Part shown: one piece after another, positions 12,954-24,953 of the stretch | Layout of the letters: every line of letters begins with the position of its first letter | How positions within the stretch are numbered: the first letter of the stretch is position 1 | Assembly (NCBI RefSeq): GCF_009914755.1 | Contig: NC_060947.1 | Length of the DNA stretch: 64,000 nucleotides | Origin: the human T2T-CHM13v2.0 reference genome, Homo sapiens | Reading direction: 5' to 3' (one strand) | Program-made: the position numbers and the translations under genes | Notes under the pieces: generated by a model | Databases searched by the model: none | Seen by the model: only the letters and a program-made list of their open reading frames with translations | What the model was told of the DNA's origin: nothing

Positions 12954-13553
12954 GGTGGTGAGTGACTGAGTGAGAATCAGAACCCACAGCTCTTGACTCC
13001 CAGCTGAGTTCCACAGTTCTGTTTGTAAATAGTTTTTGTTTCTCTGTCTTAGGAGCTGTTTCTTTAAGCTAATGAAGGGTTTGTAAAGTTCCAAATAGAA
13101 GTGGGGGGCCAGCAGTGAGAAAAAGTAAAGATGGTTCCACTCTCTAGGATAAAGCCAACGGAGACACTGGGCAATTCCTTTTCCATCTTCTTGGATGCAG
13201 AGTCCAAGGCAAGCAGCCAACTTTGTATCCATTTCTGGTAGTACTTAGCTCTGTGCGCAGTGAGTTGGGCTCCCTAATAGCTGGGAGTGATGGGCTGTGA
13301 GTTCTGATTCTCACTTGGTCACTCACCAACTGTAGTAGATTTCTTCATAGCTCCAATTCTTCACCCCTACGTGCATTCATGCCCTTTTCCGTGTGTCTTT
13401 GTAGTTCCTACCACTAGAAGCAGAGAATACATCCCTGTTGATGTTGGAGTTGGCCATGTGACTTGCTTTGGCCAATAAACTGTTAGCAGGCATATTGCAA
13501 ATGGAGGTGTGAAATATGCTTGTGTGATTAGGCTTGTTTTCCTGCACATCTTA
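12734..13553. repeat. Long inverted repeat: arms 12734-13005 and 13279-13553, 273-bp spacer
   Basis: Manual alignment of left arm to reverse complement of right arm: about 17 substitutions and one 3-bp indel over ~272 bp. Confidence 0.97.
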
Positions 13554-14529
13554 TGAACTGTGTAGACAGTATGGGCTCCAGAATCAGACAGAAATGAGTG
13601 TGCACCTGAGCCACCACTGCCTAGTTGTATGACTTAGGACAAGTCACTCTGTCTCTCTGAGCCTCAGGTTCCTTCCATACATCATCATCTATGTTCTTTC
13701 CTCTTCCAGCCTAATGCAGACAAGCTCAGTGACTTTGAAAGTCATTCTAAGGAAACATAAAGAAGCTTGCATTCCTGAAGCCCTGCTTGGAATACCCAGT
13801 TTTAACTTTATACGGGCAAGTGTTCCATTGTGTGTGAGTCATCATGCCCATCTGGTTTTTTCTTGTTGCAGCATCTACCATCGCCCTAACTGATGCAGTC
13901 TTATTATTTTCCCTGCTTTGTACTGATGAGGAACCTGTGGCTTAGGTTAAATAACTTGCCCAATGTCATACAGCTATTAAGTGGTGGCTCTCAGTTATGC
14001 ATCCAAATAGTCTGGCTCCAGAGCACCTGATCTTAATCACCACACTCTTCTGATTCTCATTAATAATAGTGTCAGTCTCACGGGTTGGATGTATGGAATA
14101 AATGAGCTAACATTTATCAAGTCCTCAGCACAATATCTGCCATATAGAATCACACAGTAAGTACAGGCTGTGGATGGAATATGATGTTCCCAGGTAATAT
14201 GTAATGTAAGATATGTTCCCTTGAGGTCGGGAATAGAATGACAGGAAGCCTCAGAAACACTTCCAATAAATATTTTCTGTTGAGAGTATTTTAGATGATA
14301 CCAACATAATTTCATTTGATCTTCACAGTCAACCTGTAAGGTGTGTCAAGGGTGTCTCATTGCCCCTAAACCACGGACACAGGTTCTGAGGCTCAGGGGA
14401 GATTCACATGGTCAGTGGCAGAGCCTAGATTAGAACCAGTATCTCCCAGTTCCCACTCTCAGGTTCTTAGTCCTAAAAGGACTTGAATCAAGGAACCAGG
14501 CCAGGGTGAACCAACATTGTTATGCTCTA

Positions 14530-14815
14530 TCTGTCCAATAGAAATACACAAGCCACAACTGTGAGCCTCATATGCAATTGCACATTTTCTAGTAGCCTCA
14601 TTTTTAAAAAGCAGGTATCAGGTGAAATTAACTTTAACAATATACTTCATTTAACCCCAAATATTTTAATTTCAACGTGTAATTAATATAAAAAATTTTA
14701 GTGAGATACTTTTTTTACTAAGCTTTCAAAGCTGGTATGTATTTTATACTTAGAGCACATCTCAATTTGGACTGGCCGCATTTCAAGTAATAAGCCACAG
14801 TGGCCAGTGGCACAG
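14530..14815. mobile_element. MER33 hAT-Charlie MITE
   Basis: tgtccaatagaaat...ttttctagtagcc...gcacatctcaatttggactggccgcatttcaagt. Confidence 0.8.
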
Positions 14816-16536
14816 GTCTAGAACAAATTCCTTTCCTGAAATTTTCTTAGGAGGAAGCCCTAGGAAGGCTCCTAAGGAAAATTGTAAAACATACTCTTCG
14901 CCCTTTGCTCTTTGAAAGTCTAGTCATATGCCTTTAAATTGGAAATACTGTCTAGGACAGAGCAGTTTGTTTTAGAGCAAGAAAACTTGCCTAAGTTTCA
15001 AAGATTGGAAATGTGTTTAGCATTAGGGACCCCTAGATATGGAGTGGTCTCCTTATCTAACCAGAAAATTTGCAGAATTCACATTGGAGAATGATGGCAG
15101 GGCAGGATGACTTACATAAATATCAGTTTAGGTGATTTTAATGAATAACGCAGATGAGAGAGAAGCAGAGAAATATACTAAAAACAGAGTCATACAAGGC
15201 TTTTACTATGTATTTAGTGTATTCCCACATTCTGTCTACCACCTTTTCTCAGCCACTTTTGGAAATGCACAATTACGCATGAGTTTCTTATATGCCAATA
15301 ACAGCAGGTGGGAATCACTGTTTTTTGGAGTCAATAAGGAAGCCTTAAGGGGGGTACCCATTATGGAGTTCTGCTTCTCACATTTTCATTTTAAGTATCT
15401 GCTAGAATTTATAGTTAAAATAGTCTTGGTTTACTGTGTTTATATGGATATCAAGAAAATAAAAGGCTCAGCTTCAAAGCCCCTTTTGGGGCCACATGAC
15501 TCACAAGGTCTCTATCTGAGTCATAGCACTGAATTCTCCCAATGTCTGATTTGAAGTTCTTAGACTATGCCTTTACCACCATGCCCCATTTATCCAGCAT
15601 GGTTGAGGATGAGGCTGTCCATGTATGTGAATTATCCAAAATAACTGAAATATACCGATCAGTTCCAAAATATATATAAGCATTTTAATGGAAATCTTTC
15701 TAAAATACAGCCTGCATCTCCCTTTTTTAAAAAAAAATACTTAGAACATATTTAATTCTTACTTCATGATTTAAAGTCATTGTGAACATCCATTTAGACA
15801 GGTATGTTCAGAGATTATTGAGTCATATAGCATCCTGAGCACATTTAGTTATTGCAATGTGATAGGTTTGATTGTACATAAGCATTTTGAAAGCATTTCA
15901 ATTGTTCCGGTCACCTAATGAAGTAGGCATACCCCATTTTGCAGATAAGAAAATTGAGGAATTGAGAAGTGAAAAGACTTATCCATCAAGACTCCAGCTA
16001 TCACATTTCTACATAGTTCTGGACAAGGATGTATTAATTCTTGTAGCTCTTTTTTTTTTCTTTTCATAACTTAGGCTCCTGCTTTTTGCTAATTTGTGTA
16101 CATTATTTCTCCTAAGCTCCTGATTTATTTTGCACCTAATTATTTCAGAACAAGCTTGAGGATTTCTCCTCCTCTTCCAGAACCCTGTGACAGCTTTTTG
16201 ACACTTGAAGGATATTTTCACACACTTGTAGGTCGGCAGTTCTGCTCTGAACATTGAGGCTGTGAAAAATCCTATCACTCACGGGTGGCCCTAAACTCTC
16301 TCTCTTCACAGAAGACTCATTTGAACTGAAATATTTCAAGAAATGAAATTTGACCAGAAAGGGTAAAATACCTGACAAAGTGGCAAATAAATGTGTCAGA
16401 CTAATGGGTTCAGCACCCACATCCAATGACTCAGGCAGCCACACATGCAATGACAAAGCCATAGAAGGAGAATCCTACTGCCTGTCAGCCACTGAGCCAC
16501 AGGGTGGAACTATGCCAGTAGTACCCATAGGCTGGA

Positions 16537-16847
16537 GCCCATTCTCCAAGTTTTGATGCTTGTGTTTTCTCTTTATTGAATGAGTTCATTTTGACTTTAG
16601 TGATATGGGTTTTTTTCCATATACTACTCTAGAACATACATTAAAAGGTCTGAGCCTGAGGCTTCTGAATTAATCTAACTGAAAATCAGAGATACCCATG
16701 CCTTTCCACAATGTATCATCCTCTATGTCAGAAAAAAAAAAAAGCTGATGATACAGCCTTTCATAGAGATGTGCTCCACTGTCATCTCTGAGATTTTCTT
16801 CCAAGCCACTGATGCCCATTCTCCAAGTTTTGATGCTTGTGTTTTCT
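16537..16847 (+). repeat. Perfect 34-bp direct repeat (16537-16570 and 16814-16847)
   Basis: gcccattctccaagttttgatgcttgtgttttct occurs twice. Confidence 0.97.
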
Positions 16848-18808
16848 AGATTTTTACCTGAAGGAGACACTGAAAGTTTTCAGCTCAAGTTTGCACATGC
16901 ACAGACAATGCCCACTGCCTGGCTGATGACAATACTAAGGTACCATCCACCAGATCAGGATGTATCCTGATTTCAGAGGTGTTAAAATGTAGGGGGGAAA
17001 AAACTATCTCCTGGATAGTTGATTGATGGATTCAGTAAGTCTGGAATATTTATATCCCTATAGGCTTGTTGTCAATATCTCATTAGAGGAATAAGAGGTA
17101 TATTTTGCCTTAAAAGTAATAACTAGGTATGATTGGACATGTTTCATGAGGTCTACGTTTGTTTCTTTTATCTCTTTGAAAGCATGTTGAAGCAAGCCTG
17201 AGAATTATGTCTTCTCTTGGGAGTAATGAGAAACACGATTCAAACTTGAGGAACTTTACCCCTAAATCACTAAGTAATGCCACCACCATCACACTGTGAC
17301 ATAGCATTTTTCATCTAATTTTACTGTCAGTAGGTATTGCTCTCTCTCATTTTGCCAGGATTCAGCAACACTCTGAATATTTCTGAGATGTGGTGAAAGA
17401 AGAAACTGATATTTTAAAACAGCCTATTTTTAAAAGATAGCCTGTGCATCCTCACAAAGTGTTTTCTGAGAACCCAAACTTTGTGATCCCAATATAAAGG
17501 CACAGTAACAATTAAAGGTTCAGGGAGGAGGGCTCTGGGCACACAGAAAACATTTTTTCAGTCGAAGTTCCATAAAAATTTATGTCACGTGACCTTGAGA
17601 CTGTGCATCTGACACCAAACCTTAGCTAAGAGCAAACTGTTTTTCAAGTATCTGGAGCCAGGCTCCCAATAAATATCGAATTGAGTTTTGACTTGTCATT
17701 AAACTTTAAAATGATCAGGCTTCTCTCATGGGTATACATGCTTCGTCTTCTGCAAAGAACAAACTGGAAGCACGGGGTGCATAGTAGAGGATGCAGGAAA
17801 TGAAAGGATCCAATGGTAAACCAAGAACACGCCCTCTCCCTACTGCAAAGGGAGACTATGTTAGTGGGCTGTCGAACTGAACAGCTGATTTAAAGGGATA
17901 CGAAAGGCTTTAAAGCAAACTCAGACCAGATTTTCCCAGAGCACACATGGTTAATCTTCACTCAGGGATAGAAACTGGGGCAAGGTAGACAGGAGGATCT
18001 GCCTCGCCTTTGAAGTGCTGCAGAGCCCAGTATATTACAGTCAGAAGCAAGCACCCCTTCCTTCAGGTGCTGATTGGAGTTTATTAGCTGTGATTTTTAT
18101 GAGATACTGAAAGAAGCTGAAATACTGCTGCGCAGCCACAGAAATGTGTAGTGTGGGAGCCAAGAGTCATTACCAGTTGCTGAGAAGTTGACAATGGAGT
18201 CTTCCTGAAAGATTCTTGCAGTCTGTGTCAAACATTAACATAGAAGCCTTTGTTTTTCTTTTCTAACTAAAAAGCTCTGCCCATATAAGTCAGGAATTAT
18301 TGCCTGAGATATTGTACATTATCCTTCCCGAGCAGGTTCACAGCTTCCAAAATACCATCAGGAAAAGATGCCATCTAAGGAGGCAGGTTTTAGGGGCATA
18401 TTTTCTGTCCACTGTGGAAAGAAGGGAGTAGGAGTTTCATGACAAAGAAGATTCATTTTGTCCCATATGCCGTGGACTGAATATCTAATAAGGGAAATCA
18501 ACCACTTACAGTCTTGGAAGTTTGGAGCCCATGAATCGATTTTGCATCTATTCCCCTTTCTCAACAAGGGCATTTGTATCACAGGTCACATGACAAAGTA
18601 GGTCTTTGGATTTCATTCCTAAACACTATTAGGAATGACCTGCAGAGAGTGAACAATGATCATATCATACCCTTTGACACAAACCTAAAATTCACTTCCT
18701 CAGGAAAGGAAGGTGTGGGCTTTGGAGTATAACAGACCCAGATTTGAATGCTGTCTCTGCCTCACACTGACTATACTATAGCAATAGTTCTCAAGTGTGG
18801 TGGGGCCA

Positions 18809-19290
18809 TGTCAATCAGTTAGTTATAGCTGCATTACAAACCACTCCAAAGCTCAGTGGCTTACAACAATCATTTACTAGCACTCAGACATCTGCAGAGG
18901 GACTGGGATGCAACTCTTCTAGGTGGGTCTGCCTCAGGCTGCAATGACTGGGGAGGTGGGCTTGCCACTGCAGATCTATGAGTCATCTGAGGTGGCTCTG
19001 TTCCACATCTGTCACTTCCTTTAACCAACAGGCTAGCCAGGATGGATTCTCCACAGATCATTGGCAGAGGAGCGAGAGAACGCGTGGAAACCTGTGGGGC
19101 CTCATAAGGCTTAGACTCAGAGCTGACTCACATCACTCCTGTTGGCATTCCATTGGCCATGAGAAGCCACACGTGGCTAAGCCCAAGGTTAAGAGGCCTT
19201 CAGAAGAACTACAAAGTCACATGATAAAAGATGCAGATACAGGGGAAGATGAAGACTTGGGGCCAAGAAAGGAAGATAGGAATCTTCCCT
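18809..19290 (-). mobile_element. MLT1 (J/K-like) LTR
   Basis: caatcagttagttatagctgcattacaaaccactccaaagctcagtggctta...cattccattggcca. Confidence 0.7.
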
Positions 19291-19329
19291 GAAGGCCAAT
19301 CTTCCACTTATTACTCTCCTTTTTTTCAG

Positions 19330-19610
19330 AATTATCTTATTTTTACTCATTTACTTTTCCACATAAAATTTTAAATTATTGTATTAAATTATCAATAATG
19401 TCTCATGGGAATTTTGATTGGGATTGTGTTGAAGATATCAATTAATCTGGGTAGAATCATTATTACTGTTTGTAATATTAAGTCTTTCCATCCAAGAATA
19501 TCCTATGTCTTCATGATTCATTCAAGTGTGATTTTATATCCACAGTAAAATTGTGTGGTTTAATTCAAATAGGTCTTATATTTTATGAATAAGAATATTT
19601 CCAGGTATGG
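19330..19610 (-). mobile_element. old L1M ORF2-region fragment
   Basis: gggaattttgattgggattgtgttgaa...aagtctttccatccaagaa resembles antisense L1. Confidence 0.6.
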
Positions 19611-20573
19611 ACCAAGTGACTTTACGCTCCTTTCTGGCCATAGAAATTAGTTTCTCGCCATTGAGTTTTTAATATGACCACTACTCAGTGTTTAAAACTC
19701 ATTGTCTCTCATAACCATTCTAGATGATGAAACTTAGGTTTGTTCTCTTTGAGATGTACACAAACAAATAAGCTTTCTTTATTCAATTGACTACTATCTA
19801 CTTAACACGAACCAACAATCACCCCATATTAAAAATAGGGATGATGTGAAATTTTAGTTTAATAATACCTTATTTATAGAACTTAGAGTTTACAAAGCAC
19901 TTTCCATATAGTATCTAATATGTTTCTCATTACAACCCTACAAATGAGACCAAGTGGCTAAATATCTCAGTTTTTCAGGTAGAGGCAGTGAGGTGCAGAG
20001 GAATTAAATGATCCCCCCGGGGTCTCCAAGACAGTGATAAAGAGCTTGCTGTTTTGGCTTATAGTCCTATTCTTATCCCTTTACTCCTAGCCTTCATTGA
20101 ATTCCTCCTTGCCCTTTAATCCTTGGCAGCTGACTCTCCCACTTTGAGGACCTCTCAGAATCTAGGATAAAACCCAACCCTTAGAGCAGGCCTGCACTTT
20201 CGGTGTACATGTAGAATTGTGTGGCTCTGAAGCAATTCTTGCTGCGTGTCTGAAAAGGAGACAATGAGTTCCAAGGGAAAGAACTTAGACTTTGGAGCCA
20301 GACAGACCTGTTTTGAAATCCTCCTAGTCTACTTGCTACTTAGAAGCTTTGAGACCTTGGGCAAATTGCATTAGCATTTGAACCACAGTTTCTTTATTTT
20401 TAAAATGGAATGAAAATACCTACCTTGCAAGAATATAATAAGAAAAGAGTTTATATAAATAAAGCACCCACCAGGCAAGGGGCATTTAGCAATTGTTGTA
20501 ATGTGGCACAGTAACCGAGTCCATATACACATGGGTATTACCCAGGAATCTCAGTGGCGGGTTTTTTTCAGGG

Positions 20574-20872
20574 TTTTTTTTTTTTTTTAAGATGAATTTT
20601 CCCTCTGTCATTCAGGCTGGAGTGCAGTTGCACAATCACAGCTCACTGCAGCCTTGACTTCCCAGGCTCAAGTGATGCTCCCACCTCAGCCTCCTGAGTA
20701 GCTGGGACTATACACATGAACCACCACACCTGGCTAATTTTTTAAAATTTTTTGTAGAGGCAGGATCTTGCCATGTTGCCTAGGCTGGTCTCAAAACCCT
20801 GGGCTCAAGTGATCCTCTCACTTCAGCCTCCCAAAGTGCTGGGATTACAGGTGTAAGCCACTGTGCTTGGCC
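20574..20872 (-). mobile_element. AluJ
   Basis: poly-T then caggctggagtgcag...gctcactgcagccttgacttcccaggctcaag (J-type)...ctgtgcttggcc. Confidence 0.93.
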
Positions 20873-21485
20873 TGTTTTTTTCTTCTTTAAAAGATTTGCA
20901 CCTTATAGGCCCTAAAGAAAGAAATCTGGACTGTCTCAGATGGTATGGGGAAAAAATGGATTTGCAATGAAATATACTAATCAGGACTCTGAAAAGTTTG
21001 CCAGCTTTTCCAAATTCATTTGACTTCAGTTCATTCTTTTCCTGTCCAAAAATTTCATATAAAACAAAATATATATATGCATTTTGCAGACATTACCATG
21101 TAATGACAGAATCTTACAATTCTCTCCAATGCTTGACTGTCTTAGATAATGTGATATGCTCCACAGAGAATAGGAGAGCCCATAGGGACAATCGCACCAC
21201 CATGAGTGGAAGTCTGGACAGAAACAGTTGGGGGTTTCATTGATGTTTGCCTCAAGTCACCTAGTGAGTATGCCGCTACAAAACCTGTTCTTGTAAAGCA
21301 TGTACCCCCGACCCACCTCATCTCCACAATGCCTTTCTCTTTGCCTGTGTCTACCCAGAAAAAAACCAGGCCAGCAATCTAACTGGCTGCCAAACAGATA
21401 AAACATGCACAAGAATGGATGAGTTTTTGGTTGTTACAGTTGGCCAGACACTTCGATATCATGCTGGTGCTGCTTATATCTATAT

Positions 21486-21818
21486 CAGCACTGTCCAAAA
21501 AGAAATATATGATGTGAGCCACAAGGAGAATTCAAAATTTTCAAATAACCATGTTATAAAAGGTAAAAAGGAACAAATAAAATTAATCTTAGTGACATAT
21601 TTTCTTTAACCCAATAGATCTAAAATAGTATCATTTCAACATGTAATCAATATTGATAAATTATTGATGAACTATTATTTTACATTCTTTTCTTCGTACT
21701 AAGCCTTTGAAATCCAGCATTTGTTTTACTCTCACAACACATCTCAGTTAGGATTAGCTGTCACATTTCATGTGCTCAATAGCCATATGTGGCTAGTGGC
21801 TGCCACATTGGACAGCAC
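21486..21818. mobile_element. MER33 hAT-Charlie MITE
   Basis: Termini cagcactgtccaa ... ttggacagcac; internal tagccatatgtggctagtggc. Confidence 0.85.
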
Positions 21819-23536
21819 ACCACCAAATTGTTCATCCCTGCAGAGAGCAAGGTGACACGTAGCATTCATCCAGCCTCCTGTCATAAAGATTCTATACCAA
21901 GGTAAACAAGAGTCCAGAACTTCAGCTAGTTTTTTGGACACATAGAACTATCACTTTTTGGTTTTTGTTTGCTTGTTTGAAGAGGGGTGGGGAGAAACCC
22001 TAGCTTTCTCAAACTGAAAGTGTGCTATTCCAACATGTTTTTGGATTTTTTATTCTTGCGATGGATTTTTCCCCCATTTGGAAAAAAAAAATTTAATTTA
22101 GGGGACAGAATGAGTGTGACACATCTACACATTTTCAACCTACTTAGGTTTGTTCGTATGTCTGAAAAATCCCAACTATTTCCATGACAACAGACATTAT
22201 AATGACATATACTTCTTGACAGGAAGTGGATTCATAAGCCTTGGATTTATTGCCTATGTATCATTTTTTAGAAATGCATCAGAACGAGACAGGCATACCA
22301 CACTTTTATGAAATAATTCAAATAGTTGGCTGTCAGTAGAATCAGGCTCTTTGTAAAATACCATGCTTTATATTCATAACACTACTGTCCCACTAACTGT
22401 TTCTCACACACAGTGGATTTTGACAAATGAGTAGCAGATATCTGTCACAAATCACATGCCATTTCTCACCTTTACATTGTAGTGGTTTTACCGAATCACT
22501 TGTGTCTGGGGCCAGGCAACATAAGTTGCATAGAACTAAAGCAGTCAGTAAAACACCTTGATCAGATAGCCCCCTGCAGGTCACCCATGTACCGTTGTAG
22601 AGGTTGTTTACCACGCGAGGGTGGGTGCCTGGTCGATGGGGAAGGAGGGTCTGAAATCCAGCTCTGTAGTCTGCATACCAAGCCATGCACCCTGATACAG
22701 GGCTGCTCTGTCTGGAGCAAGCCATGCCTTTTTCTAATTCACACAGAGACAGCATATGGACTAGGGGCAGCCCTAGCCACTTACCTTGGCCACCTTAGTG
22801 GCCTGTTTGGTAAATATAAGAAGTAAGGCATGGAGAAGTCAGAAACATGCAGGTTACTTCCTGCAAAGAAAAATAGGAGGAAATGCTTTTCATATAAATA
22901 TTTTGAGATGTAAATGAGGAATTGGTTCATAGGAAAGTAAAAATATCATTAAAGTAAGAATCCGTAAGTAGGGCCAGTCCCCCAGCAAAGCAGAAATCCT
23001 TTCTGCAGAATCCTTTCCGCAGACTGCCTTGGACACAGTGTTGGGGGAGCACTGTGGGGAAGGAAGCCTTATCTCCTATTTCTGATTGTTGCCCCTTCCC
23101 CAGAACATCACTAGAGGGACTTTACCTGTATTTATCACTGTGAAAATGGTGTCTGGCATATAGTAAAGGTTCAGTAAACATTCGTCAGTCAAATAGGCTC
23201 TCGTTTCTTAGTGAGGCAGCTTGTGCCATCTGTGTACAGCTGTAAGTGTTCATATCATTAATATTTTAAGGTGCAATCATTGTATTACCATTATTTTTTA
23301 CAAGAACCCTTATCTTTTAGAGATACATATTTGTAGATGAAGTGATATAATGTCTTGGATTGCTTCAAAATAGTTCAGGAGGCTAGAAGAGGGTGGGAAC
23401 TGAGATGAAATGAGATTGGCCATGAGTTGCAAATTGCTGAGACTCAGCAATGGGAACATCAGGGTTAGTTATACTATTCTCTCTACTCTTGCTTGAAATT
23501 GTCTGTAATAAAAAATAACCATAAAAGAACATATTA

Positions 23537-24065
23537 TTCATTCAGCAGACATATATTGAGCACCTAATATGTACAAGGTGCTAGAGATTTAGGGTGAACA
23601 TGATAGACAAGTTTTCTGCCCACATGGGACTTATATTTGGATTAAAAAGTCAGATAATTAATAAAAAAATAAATAAATAAATGAAGTAATTATAACTGGT
23701 GATTCACGATACAACTAAAATAGGTGGGCACCATGAGAGAAAATAAGTGATGAGTTGTGGATGTTAATTTAGAGTGAGCAGTCAAAGAAGGCCTCCATGT
23801 GGAGGTGATGTTGAAGCTGAGCCCAGAACAAGATGGAGCTAGCAATGCAAAAGCTAAATAAGAAACTTCCAGGCAGAGGAAACATAAAGTGCAAAGGCCA
23901 TGTGGCTGAAAAGAGCCTGGTGTGTTTTAAGCACTCTTAGAATGGTGAGCATGCCTAGAACTCAGAGAGGTAGGAAAGAATGGCATGAAATTTGATTGAA
24001 GCAGCAAATTGGGGCCAAACCCTGTAGGGCCTTGTGAGCCATAGTCAGAAGAGGGGCTTTATTCA
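23537..24065 (-). mobile_element. L2 3' fragment
   Basis: ttcattcagcagacatatattgagcacc...gaaggcctc...gaggtgatgttgaagctgag...gtgcaaaggcc. Confidence 0.8.
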
Positions 24066-24099
24066 ACTTTTCAGAAAATCTTTCATCATATTTAGTTCA

Positions 24100-24428
24100 A
24101 AACTGCATTCCTGCCATGTGTAGCCACATGATTTGCTTTGGTTGACAGAACGTGAGCAGAATGGGTACATATCATTTTTGGGTAGAAGCTTTAAGAGCAA
24201 GTGCATGCTTTACCACATTCTCTTTTCCCTCTGTTACAGCAACTTGCAGTGTTCTACACGGTGACTGCCCCTTCAGCATTGAGTCCAGTGATGACAAGGA
24301 ATAGAACCTCAGCTGATCCTTGGTGGGCATGGAACATAAATAAGAAATAAAGCCTTGTTATTTGAAGGCAGTGACATTTGAGGGATGTTTGTTATTACAG
24401 CATAACCTGTCCTCTCCTGATTAATACA
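24100..24428 (+). mobile_element. MLT1 (I/J-like) LTR
   Basis: gccacatgatttgctttgg...gtttgttattacagcataacc...ctgattaataca. Confidence 0.7.
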
Positions 24429-24585
24429 CTGGAGTAACTAAAGCTAATCACTCTTTTGAGCCTTTAACTAAAAACTCACTGTAAATATGTATCACTGTAA
24501 AAACTCCAAGAGATGGTAGGGTATGCAGTATTTTCCAAACTAATTTGACCACAAAAACCATTTGGAAGAGAATTTTGTGGGACAT

Positions 24586-24953
24586 TGATATGGTTTAGCT
24601 GTGTCCCCACCCAAATCTCATCTTGAATTGTAGCTCCCAAAATTCCCACATGTTGTGGAAGGGACCCAGTGGGAGGTATTGTAATCATGGGGGTGGGTTT
24701 TTCCCAAACTGTTCTTGTGATAGTGAATACGTCTTACGTGATCTGATGGTTTGATAAAGGGGAGTTCCCCTGTACATGCCCTCTCTTGCCTGCCACCATG
24801 TAAGATGTGACTTTGCTCTCCCTTTGCCTTCTGCCATGATTGATTGTGAGGCCTCCTCAGCCATATGAAACTGTGAGTCAATTAAACCTCTTTCCTTCAT
24901 AAATTACCCAGTCTCGGGAATGTCTATTAGCAGCGTGAGAAGGGACTAATACA
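24586..24953 (+). mobile_element. THE1B-like solo LTR
   Basis: tgatatggtttagctgtgtccccacccaaatctcatcttgaattgtagctccc...gcagcgtgagaagggactaataca; TSD gacat/gacac. Confidence 0.92.

Noticed and set aside
12734-13553. Inverted arms as TIRs of a DNA transposon
   Set aside because: Arms are MLT1/MIR-derived, the left arm continues seamlessly into the rest of the LTR, and no flanking TSD is evident
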